NCBI GenBank assembly: GCA_033763315.1
Contig: JANRKS010000006.1
Location: 32,001-96,000, forward strand
Length of the DNA: 64,000 bases
Source: Deltaproteobacteria bacterium
GTDB taxonomy: Bacteria > Myxococcota_A > Polyangia > Fen-1088
Direction: 5' to 3'
The notes beneath the pieces were generated by a model, which saw nothing but the letters and a program-made list of their open reading frames with translations, had not been told where the DNA came from and searched no databases. The first letter of the stretch is position 1, and each line of letters opens with the position of its first letter. Made by a program: the position numbers and the translations under genes. Below, piece after piece: positions 1-7,941 of this stretch.

Positions 1-581
1 AGATCGAGGTTAAGCAACTGGTCACGCGCGCGCTCGGCTTGTTCCACCGTGGTGATGGCGCCCGGCTTTGCAATCGCAAGGCCCTGCGTTTCAAGATGGC
101 CGAACAGCACAGCTTCCTTTTCGTGGGTGGTGGTCGCGGCTTCAATCTCTGCGTTGCGTGGCAGCAAACGAAACTGCAACGGATCAAGCGGGGCGTCGAT
201 GGTGAATCGCGCACGCTGGTAAGACACCAGCTTTGCGATGGCTTCTGCATCGGCAGGGCTGGCTCCTTCGGCAGTGGCCTTTGCGGCAATTACATCGGGC
301 GCAAATCCCACGCGCGCAAGGCAGCTGGCATCGAAACTGTGGCAGTGAACGCAAGCGCCGCGCCGGTTTGGCCGCCGCCATGCCAATAAGCCTTGCCGAA
401 ACTCTTGATTTGCAAAGGGATCGGCAACATCTTTTGCGATCGGAACCACCAGATCTTCGTCATCCTGCACCACGGGGCCGATAGGATGATTGGCCTTGAT
501 CAAGTTTACGTCGCAACCACACAGCCCGATAAACGCAAGCATCGTTCCGGTAAGCCGAATGCTGCACAGAGTACGTGGCAT
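1..581 (-). CDS. c-type cytochrome lipoprotein, 5' part only (runs off the window edge); paralog of 46283..48358
   Basis: Not in the ORF track. The ATG at 581 overlaps the upstream stop codon (TGATG) and the frame stays open to base 1: MPRTLCSIRLTGTMLAFIGLCGC...FRQGLLAWRRPNRRGACVHCH...ARDQLLNLD. It has a lipobox-like LCGC and a CxxCH motif. Confidence 0.8.
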   Translation of the reverse strand, partial: MPRTLCSIRLTGTMLAFIGLCGCDVNLIKANHPIGPVVQDDEDLVVPIAKDVADPFANQEFRQGLLAWRRPNRRGACVHCHSFDASCLARVGFAPDVIAAKATAEGASPADAEAIAKLVSYQRARFTIDAPLDPLQFRLLPRNAEIEAATTTHEKEAVLFGHLETQGLAIAKPGAITTVEQAERARDQLLNLD

Positions 582-1615
582 CAAAACACCTGATACTGCA
601 GGCCCAACGCTGCGTAGCCTATCGGCAAGCCCCAGGTGCCAGCTTGTCTTTCGGCGAAGGTCAACTGAACCCAAGGCACGCCAACCCCAGCGGCCAAATC
701 AAACGTAAGTTGCAGATTTTGTGTGACGGCCACGCCTGCGCTCGCAAGCCCCATTGCCGCGCCGGCCGGATGCAGGGCAACGTCTGCCGTATAGCCAGGC
801 GTTGTGTCCGAATCGAAATGGGTAACGCCGCCCCACAATTGCAGACCAGCATCCAAAGTGATCCGCCCTTGCTGCAGGCGCCGCAGAAGGCCTAAGCCTG
901 CAAGATAACTCTTCACACCGCTTTGCCCTTCAACCCCAGTTAGAGGAGACGCCGCAACGTTAAAGAGGCCCGCCATCGACAGCACCCATTTCGGGCGCAG
1001 AAGCACGCGAAACGCCAGGTGCCCGAGCCACTCGGGCGAAACGCCCCGAACAGATGACAGCACAGCGGGCGCCAACAACACGTGGCCCTGGCGTGAAAAC
1101 GTGGGTGCGCTTGGTTTAGGCGTTGGCGCCGCCGCAGCCACGTCGCTTACAGGCTTTGGCATCGCGGGCGCCGCTTCGATTTTCGTGCTGCGCGCGGGAA
1201 GCGCAAGCTCAAGCAAGCTGGCGCGCAAAAGTTCAACGGTTTGCAGCGCCACCGTGCCGTGGTCGTGTGCGTCGGCATCTAGTTGGCGCAACACGGTTTT
1301 GCCTGTGACCCGGTCTGCCACCACCGCTTGCCAGCCAGTGTCCGTGTAAGCCACACGAACCGCGGCGATCGCCGCCCGTTCTTTCGCCAGCGCATCAAGA
1401 CGCCATGGAACTTCAAGGCTGGGTTCATCAACCACCGCGATGGGCTGGTAACCCATGATTTGAAATTCAACACTTAACCGCGCTTGCAATCCGGCATCCG
1501 AAGAGACCACAAGGATCTGCCGCGCCTCTCGGTCGTCTGTCCATCCAGGACTGGCGATTGCAACCAACGTCAGGAAACAGATAGGTGCAATCAGGGCGCG
1601 AGCCACACGCATCAC
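581..1615 (-). CDS. exported protein: N-terminal domain, Pro-rich linker, putative small outer-membrane beta-barrel (ECF module 1)
   Basis: Signal peptide, alternating hydrophobic strands in the C-terminal half, C-terminal Phe (GLQYQVF). Resembles 3750..4871 and 59488..60504. Confidence 0.7.
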   Translation of the reverse strand: MMRVARALIAPICFLTLVAIASPGWTDDREARQILVVSSDAGLQARLSVEFQIMGYQPIAVVDEPSLEVPWRLDALAKERAAIAAVRVAYTDTGWQAVVADRVTGKTVLRQLDADAHDHGTVALQTVELLRASLLELALPARSTKIEAAPAMPKPVSDVAAAAPTPKPSAPTFSRQGHVLLAPAVLSSVRGVSPEWLGHLAFRVLLRPKWVLSMAGLFNVAASPLTGVEGQSGVKSYLAGLGLLRRLQQGRITLDAGLQLWGGVTHFDSDTTPGYTADVALHPAGAAMGLASAGVAVTQNLQLTFDLAAGVGVPWVQLTFAERQAGTWGLPIGYAALGLQYQVF

Positions 1616-2835
1616 GGCCTGCGGTCCATGCCGTCCATCGATGATGCCGCGATCAACTTTTGGGCTAGCTGCGTATACGCACCGGAGGGGTGCGCTTTCA
1701 CAAACGCGCGCGCTGCGGCCACCGCCTGCGCATCCAGCTTCGCGGCCTTCAAGGATTCAATGTGACGCCAACCGGCTTCTTCGGACATGGGGCCCCGAGG
1801 GGCGCGCTGATAGCTGCGCGCAAACCATTGCGACGCGCGCGTGGGGCTGCGGCTCTGCTCGTCAGCCATACGGCCCAATGTGAACGCGGCGATGCTGGCG
1901 GCTCGGTCATCCGATGATTCCCACACGTGCTCATAAAGGCGTGCAGCTCGTTTTTGCTGGCCACCCAAGCGAAGGGCATCGCCTACGGCAATCGCGTCCG
2001 CGGCACTCAAGCGATTCAGATTGCGCTCAAGGCCCAACCGCGAAATGGCTCTGACGGCGCCTGCGAAATCGCCGGCGCGCACCAGGCTTTGCCACGGGGC
2101 CGTTGCAACAACGTCACGTGGGCGTGGTGAAGACGATGGTGGGCTCTCCATTGCAGGCGCAGCCGCCGCTTGCGGCGGGCAGCGAATGTCTTGGGCGTCG
2201 CCAGCGTTCAGAATGATGTCTTTGGCGAGGCAATCGCCATGCACGCGCACCTGACCGTGGTGCATTTGCACGAAAAGCGTTTCCGCCGGGGCATCCCAGG
2301 CCATGTCGAAACTTGTGCCTGTGACCTCCACAACAAAAACGCCCTGTTCGCCCGCAACGAAATCCCAGTGTTTCACACGTGGCGTAACATCTGCGCGTAG
2401 GCGGCCGCTGCGCAAAACTATCTTCGCCAATGCCTTTTGGTTGGCCGCGATCTTCGCCGTGGCGCCGCCTTGCAAGGCCACATTGGTACCCTCTTCAAAC
2501 TGCATTGGGAAGGCGCGATCGAGCGCGGCCGTCACCCAGGCTCCTGTGGCTGGCAATGGTGTGATGTGTGCCGCGAATGATGTGGGTTGTGGCACGGCAA
2601 CCTCGCGCGCGGTGGGGCGCAAGGCGATAAAGGCAACAACGCTCGCGGCGAAGCCCAGCGAAGACGCAAGCAACCACGGCCGCAGCGCGTGCAACTTGGA
2701 GGTGTGGCGTTGGCTTGCCGCGCGTAGAAACCCATCGCGCGCCCGCTCGGGATTGCGCATGGCTTCGCGCCGCTCGTCCCAGACCTGGGCGGCCGGGGCA
2801 ATGAACTGCGCTATTTCGCGATCGCGGTCTTCCAT
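1612..2835 (-). CDS. FecR-domain anti-sigma factor with C-terminal TPR
   Basis: One TM helix, FecR-like segments (LRSGRL...VEVTGTSFDM...MHHGQVRV), TPR helices ending AARAFVKAHPSGAY. Lies directly after an ECF sigma. The start at 2835 is my choice; the track gives 2862. Confidence 0.8.
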   Translation of the reverse strand: MEDRDREIAQFIAPAAQVWDERREAMRNPERARDGFLRAASQRHTSKLHALRPWLLASSLGFAASVVAFIALRPTAREVAVPQPTSFAAHITPLPATGAWVTAALDRAFPMQFEEGTNVALQGGATAKIAANQKALAKIVLRSGRLRADVTPRVKHWDFVAGEQGVFVVEVTGTSFDMAWDAPAETLFVQMHHGQVRVHGDCLAKDIILNAGDAQDIRCPPQAAAAPAMESPPSSSPRPRDVVATAPWQSLVRAGDFAGAVRAISRLGLERNLNRLSAADAIAVGDALRLGGQQKRAARLYEHVWESSDDRAASIAAFTLGRMADEQSRSPTRASQWFARSYQRAPRGPMSEEAGWRHIESLKAAKLDAQAVAAARAFVKAHPSGAYTQLAQKLIAASSMDGMDRRP

Positions 2836-3446
2836 TTTCCACTTCTGCTCACGCAGTCCCAAAGGTCCGGATCTTGGCGTGCGGCGGTCAAGAAGCGCCC
2901 CTCGGCGCTGCCCAAACGTCGCTTAATGGTGGCCAGGGAAACACCGCACACGCTGGCCACCTCTTCAAGTTGCATGCCCTCAAGGTGCCGCAACGAGAAC
3001 GGTATGCGAAGGTCTGAAGACATCTTATCGAGGATCAGGCGCAGCGATTCGGCCAACATGGCTTCTTGGGAATCGGGCGCGTCGACGTGTGGGATCTCGC
3101 TGGTGCGAAGGAATAGTGCGCGCAGCCGTCGGCGGCGTCCCATTTTCCGTAGGTAGGAACGCGCTTTAAACACCGCCACCGACGCCAGCCAATGTTTGAG
3201 AGATTCGCCCTTTCTTACGTCACGAAAGTTTGCCAGCGCCGCCACAAAAACTTCTTGAAGTAGATCGGGGATATCGCCATCGGGCCCCAAAATGCGACAC
3301 AACACACGGTCAACGTAACCGGCATACGTGTCATACAGGGCGCGTGGCGCATTGGGATCGCCGGCCCAAAGCGCGGCAAGTATGCGTTGCTCCTGGGTTT
3401 GAACTTCGGGCCCCGGCGCCCACTGGCTGATGCTTTCGCTCGTCAT
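2811..3446 (-). CDS. ECF sigma-70 factor (module 1)
   Basis: Region 2 (DLLQEVFV...WLASVA) and region 4 (LEEVASVCGVSLATIKRRL). Start inferred at ATG 3446. Confidence 0.9.
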   Translation of the reverse strand: MTSESISQWAPGPEVQTQEQRILAALWAGDPNAPRALYDTYAGYVDRVLCRILGPDGDIPDLLQEVFVAALANFRDVRKGESLKHWLASVAVFKARSYLRKMGRRRRLRALFLRTSEIPHVDAPDSQEAMLAESLRLILDKMSSDLRIPFSLRHLEGMQLEEVASVCGVSLATIKRRLGSAEGRFLTAARQDPDLWDCVSRSGKWKTAIAK

Positions 3447-3598
3447 GAATGCGATCGGACTCGAAGCGATGAAGGTATAGCTTAACAAGTGCCGGGGACT
3501 CGGCTAGGGAAAGCTGGCCATCTGTCGGCGGCACACATAGGGGTACCTAAGCCAGATTGATGGATCGCTGGGCACACGCCTTCAGTCATCAGAAAGAG

Positions 3599-3626
3599 GT
3601 CGCCGCGAACCGGATCGAACGGCTCA
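3599..3626 (-). promoter_or_regulatory. possible ECF promoter variant TGAGCC-N18-CGAC upstream of sigma 1
   Basis: One mismatch and one extra spacer base relative to TGACCC-N17-CGAC; intergenic and correctly oriented. Confidence 0.35.
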
Positions 3627-3749
3627 ACAAAATTACACATACTTGCACCAAGGGTATCGGCATGTCCTTTGGCGAAGTTCAGCAGCTCGCGAGCTGAGCT
3701 TGCGGCTGGTGACCCACTTTGTGGTTGGTAAGGGTGATTCCCAGGCGGT

Positions 3750-4871
3750 TCAAAAAATAAATCCGGCGGCTAGCGCTGGCCGAATGGTTTGCGGATTGGC
3801 GGGTGCCACGAGGTTTCCCGCGTCTCGTACGGCCAAACGGAGGTCCAAAAGCTCAAGCTCCGCTGCCATTTCGATAAAGAGTGCAATCCCCAGCCACACA
3901 TGGCTGGCTCTGGCGCGAAGGCGCGCGACGGGGTTGGGTCGCATGCCGGAGGAGACAGGTTTGTATCCGGAAGTCGGCTCTGTTTGAACGTCGAGTCGCA
4001 CAACATCACCACCAACGTCAAACCCTGTTTGAAGCTCCCATCGGTCGTAACGGCGGGCAGCGGCCAACCCCACCCGAAGACCCAGCAGGGACATGTCGGC
4101 GCTGACGTCTGGAGTTGCGGCGATGGTTGTCGCAAACACATGACGAAACTCCACGCGTGCTGCCCACGACCACGAGGCGCGACGCTGCCATCGTGCCACG
4201 CCCGCCGCCGCTGTGTGCTGCGGACCTACGCTTGGCAACAGCACAACAGCTCCATACCCGGCATCAAGTTGCCAGCTGTGCGCTTCTGTTTCCGCAGTCC
4301 TCGACTTTGCGCTCACGGCCGCCACCGCAGGCACCACGGCTGCCGGCGGTGGTGGCGGGGCCAACGTCTCTCTTACCTTTTCGACCTCAAGGCCGATCAC
4401 TTCGCCTCCGTCAAGCGCGTCCAAGAGCGTGCGGAACGCTTGGGCGGATTGCTCGAACAGAAGAAGATCGTCTTTGCCATCCGTTTGCCGAAAACGTCGA
4501 ATGGCCGCGCGCCGGTTCTTCACATCCACGAAGAACAACGCGCCTGTGTTTTCGTCGCGAAGGTCAAGCCAAGCACGCGCGGCGGGGGCGCCTTCTTCTT
4601 CGTCTAGACTTAGGACCTGGGCCGCTACGTTAGGCTTATTGGGTGTCACCAGGGTCCATCCTGTGGGATCGATGACCTCGTGAATGTAACGGGACAAATC
4701 CTTGGCGCGCGCCGTTTCGCTCGGATCTGAGAGCACAAAAAGCTCAGCGGTGCGAGGCAGTGTAGGTCCGTCTTTGGCCCTCGCCACTTGTGAACCGAAC
4801 AGCAACGCCGAGACCGTCAACCAAAGAAAGACGCGGCCCGTTTTATGGTTCCTTCGCATTTTCCAGGGCAT
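3750..4871 (-). CDS. exported protein with putative small beta-barrel (ECF module 2)
   Basis: Signal peptide, PPPPP linker, amphipathic strands, ends ALAAGFIF. Confidence 0.7.
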   Translation of the reverse strand: MPWKMRRNHKTGRVFLWLTVSALLFGSQVARAKDGPTLPRTAELFVLSDPSETARAKDLSRYIHEVIDPTGWTLVTPNKPNVAAQVLSLDEEEGAPAARAWLDLRDENTGALFFVDVKNRRAAIRRFRQTDGKDDLLLFEQSAQAFRTLLDALDGGEVIGLEVEKVRETLAPPPPPAAVVPAVAAVSAKSRTAETEAHSWQLDAGYGAVVLLPSVGPQHTAAAGVARWQRRASWSWAARVEFRHVFATTIAATPDVSADMSLLGLRVGLAAARRYDRWELQTGFDVGGDVVRLDVQTEPTSGYKPVSSGMRPNPVARLRARASHVWLGIALFIEMAAELELLDLRLAVRDAGNLVAPANPQTIRPALAAGFIF

Positions 4872-5670
4872 GAATGCGCACCATAGCGCGCGATTTCAAC
4901 AGCGTGTCGGGGTGCTTTTGTAGAAGGGCTTTCCAGGCCTCAAGTTCAAGCGTGGGCTTCCCTAAGGCCTGCAGTGCCAGCGCGCGCCCCGCGAGCGCCT
5001 CGTGCTCCATCGGGCTCGCATCGGGCAACCGCAAGTAGGCGTCGAACGCCGCGAGCGCTTTGCCGGCTTTGCCGTCGTCAAGCCACAAGCGCCCCAAGCT
5101 AACATGTGAGAGCTCGGCTTCCGCAGAGTGTGGGTAAAGGCGCGCGAGCCGGAGATAAAGTTGCGCTGCCTCCTTTGTGCGGCGAGCGGCGCGTGCTGCG
5201 CCCGCGGCGCGGAAGAGCTCGCTCGCGCTTTGATGGTTCGTGGCATGCGCCTTGGGTGGGGCTTCAGTGGGAACGAAATCCGGGTGCGGTGCCTCGAAAA
5301 TCATCTGCGGTGTTGCGTGGGGGGCTGCCCCTTTTGGTGGTGAGGCTTCGGGTTTGACAAAAAGACTTAGATTGTCGTCGCGAAGCTCGACGATCCAGTC
5401 GATGACTCGCGCTGTGGCGAATCCCGTTGCCAAGAGGACGACCATGGCCGCCACAAGCGGCAACCATGTGGGTCGCCTGGAGCGCGCCGCCACGGGGGCG
5501 GGAACCGGCGCGGGATGTTGCAGCCAAGCGGCTCTACTTAGAATTCGCCGAGCCATTTCTTCGTCTTCGGCCGTGACGTTCGCGTCCCGTCGCAATCCGG
5601 ACTCAAACGCGTTGTTGGCGGCGATCGACGCCATGTTCGAGGGATCACGGTCTCGCGGCGTGGACGTCAT
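4843..5670 (-). CDS. membrane-anchored TPR protein, putative anti-sigma factor (module 2)
   Basis: TM helix (WLPLVAAMVVLLATG) followed by TPR helices (ARLYPHSAEA, LLQKHPDT). Start overlaps the sigma stop codon (ATGA). Confidence 0.75.
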   Translation of the reverse strand: MTSTPRDRDPSNMASIAANNAFESGLRRDANVTAEDEEMARRILSRAAWLQHPAPVPAPVAARSRRPTWLPLVAAMVVLLATGFATARVIDWIVELRDDNLSLFVKPEASPPKGAAPHATPQMIFEAPHPDFVPTEAPPKAHATNHQSASELFRAAGAARAARRTKEAAQLYLRLARLYPHSAEAELSHVSLGRLWLDDGKAGKALAAFDAYLRLPDASPMEHEALAGRALALQALGKPTLELEAWKALLQKHPDTLLKSRAMVRIHALENAKEP

Positions 5671-6317
5671 GATTGCCTCCCGAAAAGTTCTTGAAGTTGT
5701 GGGTCGGCGGCGATGCGATCGCGAACCGCTTTTCTTGCCAGACGTAGCCGCGAACGCACAGTTTCAAGCGGCACGTCCATACTGACTGCCACCTCCTGCA
5801 CCGAATAGCCTAGGGCCGTTAAGATGAGCGTCTCCGCTTGAACGTCGGAGAGGTCGTCAAGCAGTATTCGTAAGCGGGATCGGGTGCCATCGTCCCATGC
5901 TGCTTGCAAATGCACCGCGTCCGGGTCGTCGCCCGATTGAGCGGCTTCGTTTTCGTACTTGCGACGAGCGATTTTCCGGCGAACGAAGTCAGTGGCGGCA
6001 TGTACGGCAACGCGCGTGGCGAAGTAGCTCAACGAGCTTTCGCCCCTAAATGACGTAAGCGATCGGTTAAGACGTAGCAGAGCCTCCTGCACCACATCTT
6101 CCACGTCGGCCGCACTTGCAGGCATCAGGGCGCTTCGGGTGACCGCCACCATCCGTGGCAACAACTTCGCAAGCAATTCGTTGCGTGCCGCCACCGAACC
6201 TGCAAGGGCGTTCTGCAGCAGTTGACGCAAGTGTGCCTCGGTCTGGGACTTTTCCAGATCCGCGCCATCATCGCCCTCCAAGGGGGCATGTACACCTTCG
6301 TCGAATGCCAACTTCAC
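5667..6317 (-). CDS. ECF sigma-70 factor (module 2)
   Basis: Regions 2 and 4 (VEDVVQEAL...FRGESSLSYF; YSVQEVA...TVRSRLRLAR). Start moved to GTG 6317 because a promoter motif lies immediately upstream of it. Confidence 0.9.
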   Translation of the reverse strand: MKLAFDEGVHAPLEGDDGADLEKSQTEAHLRQLLQNALAGSVAARNELLAKLLPRMVAVTRSALMPASAADVEDVVQEALLRLNRSLTSFRGESSLSYFATRVAVHAATDFVRRKIARRKYENEAAQSGDDPDAVHLQAAWDDGTRSRLRILLDDLSDVQAETLILTALGYSVQEVAVSMDVPLETVRSRLRLARKAVRDRIAADPQLQELFGRQS

Positions 6318-6327
6318 TCCAAGTACA

Positions 6328-6354
6328 GTCGCACCTCGCGGGCCTATCGGGTCA
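6328..6354 (-). promoter_or_regulatory. ECF-type promoter TGACCC-N17-CGAC (putative autoregulatory promoter of sigma 2)
   Basis: Minus strand TGACCC GATAGGCCCGCGAGGTG CGAC, 10 nt before GTG 6317. Confidence 0.7.
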
Positions 6355-6432
6355 AACGTCAACGACCACATCGGTCCTTGCTGCGGTGCGCTTAACGAGA
6401 GCAAAACAAAAGGTCAAGAGCCCCATTGCAAG

Positions 6433-6459
6433 TGACCCGCTCCGTCGTCCACATGCGAC
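6433..6459 (+). promoter_or_regulatory. ECF-type promoter TGACCC-N17-CGAC for the operon starting at 6529
   Basis: TGACCC GCTCCGTCGTCCACATG CGAC, divergent from the sigma-2 copy. Confidence 0.7.
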
Positions 6460-6528
6460 CTACGCATTTGCGCGGGAAACATGGCGCTTCGCTAGGCCCG
6501 TGGTTTGCAACCCTCCGAAAAATTCCCC

Positions 6529-7860
6529 ATGAAGTTCACACACCGCTCCTCGATTCTCTTTGCGGCGCCGATCGCTTGCTTCGTGACCTGCCTCGGCGCC
6601 TGCACAACTTCGAACACGTCGAACAGCGACGATGGCGGCGGCACAGGTGGCACAGACGAGCCGGCCCCGAACTCGTCCGGAGGAGGTGGAGCAAGTGGAG
6701 GAAAGGGAGGCAGTGGAGGCAGTGGAGGCCGTGGAGGAAGTGGGTCCCTTGGGGGGCAACCGACTGATGCCGGCGTTGGTGGAGCAACAGTGGCGTCGGG
6801 TTGGTGGGACAACGCTTGGCCGCTGCGAAGATCTCTGAGCGCTGATTGGCCGTCCGACTCTGCCTCGCAGGATCTGCCCGTTCTTGTGGCCTTGACGCCG
6901 CAGCAACTTGGCAGCGGCGGCTTGAGTCAAAAGGCGGCTGGCTTGCGTTTTGTCGCCAAGGACGGATCGCTCTTGCCGCACGAAGTGGACACGGTTTCTG
7001 ACACGCGCATCTTTGTGTGGGTTAAGCGGCCTCAAGGCAGCGACGCCTGGTGGCTGTACTACGGAAATCTCGCCGCACCAGCGCTGCCGAAAGCGCACGC
7101 GCAGGCGGTATGGGGCGCAGACAGCGTGGTGTGGCACCTCGGAGACAACGGCAACGAGTCGGGCCCGGGAGGGTTTGATGCCACAAATGAAGGTGGAAGC
7201 TTTGGGGAGGGTTTCATCGGCCGTGCCTACATGGGCGATTCGACCAAGCGCAGTAGTTTGGCTTTATCGCGCGAAGCCACCGCCAACAAGCGGCTGCTGG
7301 CCGGCGCGTCCGCGCTCACGATTTCCGCGTGGGTGAAACCAACGGATTTCAAGCTTCTCGGCGACAAGCCTTTTGATCGACAGGTCGTGTCCATCGGCAC
7401 CAGCAAAGCGGACTCGAATTACAACCACGCGGCGGCATTTTTGGCTGTGGGCCTCGAGAAAATGGGAAGCCCTGGCGGCGAGGTGGTGGCAGGCATACGT
7501 CCCACGGGCGATGAAGAGACGATTCGTTCGCCTGGGGCCGTATCGGCAAACACCTGGACGCATGTGGCAGCGGTTTTCGATCTAGCGCTCAAGCGCGGCC
7601 GGTTTTTCATTAACGGGGCGCCAAGCGGCGGTTGGATGAACCGGGGGGATATAGAAACCACGATGTTCGACGCTGCGTACGAATCAAAGTCAGCTCACAT
7701 CGGAGCAAGTGCGGGAGGCGGCTATGGGTATTTCGACGGTGGCATCGACGAAGTACGGCTTGAGCGACGCCAGCGTGACGAGACGTCGTTGCTCAACATG
7801 TACCTAAACATGAAGTCACCGGAAACCACCGTGAAGGTGGGGCCTGAAGACGCCCGATAG
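6529..7860 (+). CDS. lipoprotein with DUF2341-like and LamG/concanavalin-like domains
   Basis: Lipobox LGAC, Gly-rich tether, WWDNAW...LRFV...VWVK...LYYGN (DUF2341-like), TISAWVK...WTHVAAV...FDGGIDEVR (LamG). Confidence 0.8.
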   Translation: MKFTHRSSILFAAPIACFVTCLGACTTSNTSNSDDGGGTGGTDEPAPNSSGGGGASGGKGGSGGSGGRGGSGSLGGQPTDAGVGGATVASGWWDNAWPLRRSLSADWPSDSASQDLPVLVALTPQQLGSGGLSQKAAGLRFVAKDGSLLPHEVDTVSDTRIFVWVKRPQGSDAWWLYYGNLAAPALPKAHAQAVWGADSVVWHLGDNGNESGPGGFDATNEGGSFGEGFIGRAYMGDSTKRSSLALSREATANKRLLAGASALTISAWVKPTDFKLLGDKPFDRQVVSIGTSKADSNYNHAAAFLAVGLEKMGSPGGEVVAGIRPTGDEETIRSPGAVSANTWTHVAAVFDLALKRGRFFINGAPSGGWMNRGDIETTMFDAAYESKSAHIGASAGGGYGYFDGGIDEVRLERRQRDETSLLNMYLNMKSPETTVKVGPEDAR

Positions 7861-7941
7861 AAGTCCACCGCGTTGTGCGTTGCCTGTTGCCAATCAGCAA
7901 CAGACCGTTGGCTCGACCCAACACCCAAAAGAGGACGTTTG

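Noticed and set aside
3710-3723. 14-mer TGACCCACTTTGTG identical to the start of the sigma-3 promoter
   Set aside because: It is in the wrong orientation for neighbouring genes and has no -10 box; chance 14-mer matches are expected in 64 kb.
6494-6509. Sigma-54-like AGGCCCGTGGTTTGCA before 6529
   Set aside because: The -24 box is imperfect and the exact ECF motif upstream explains the promoter better.
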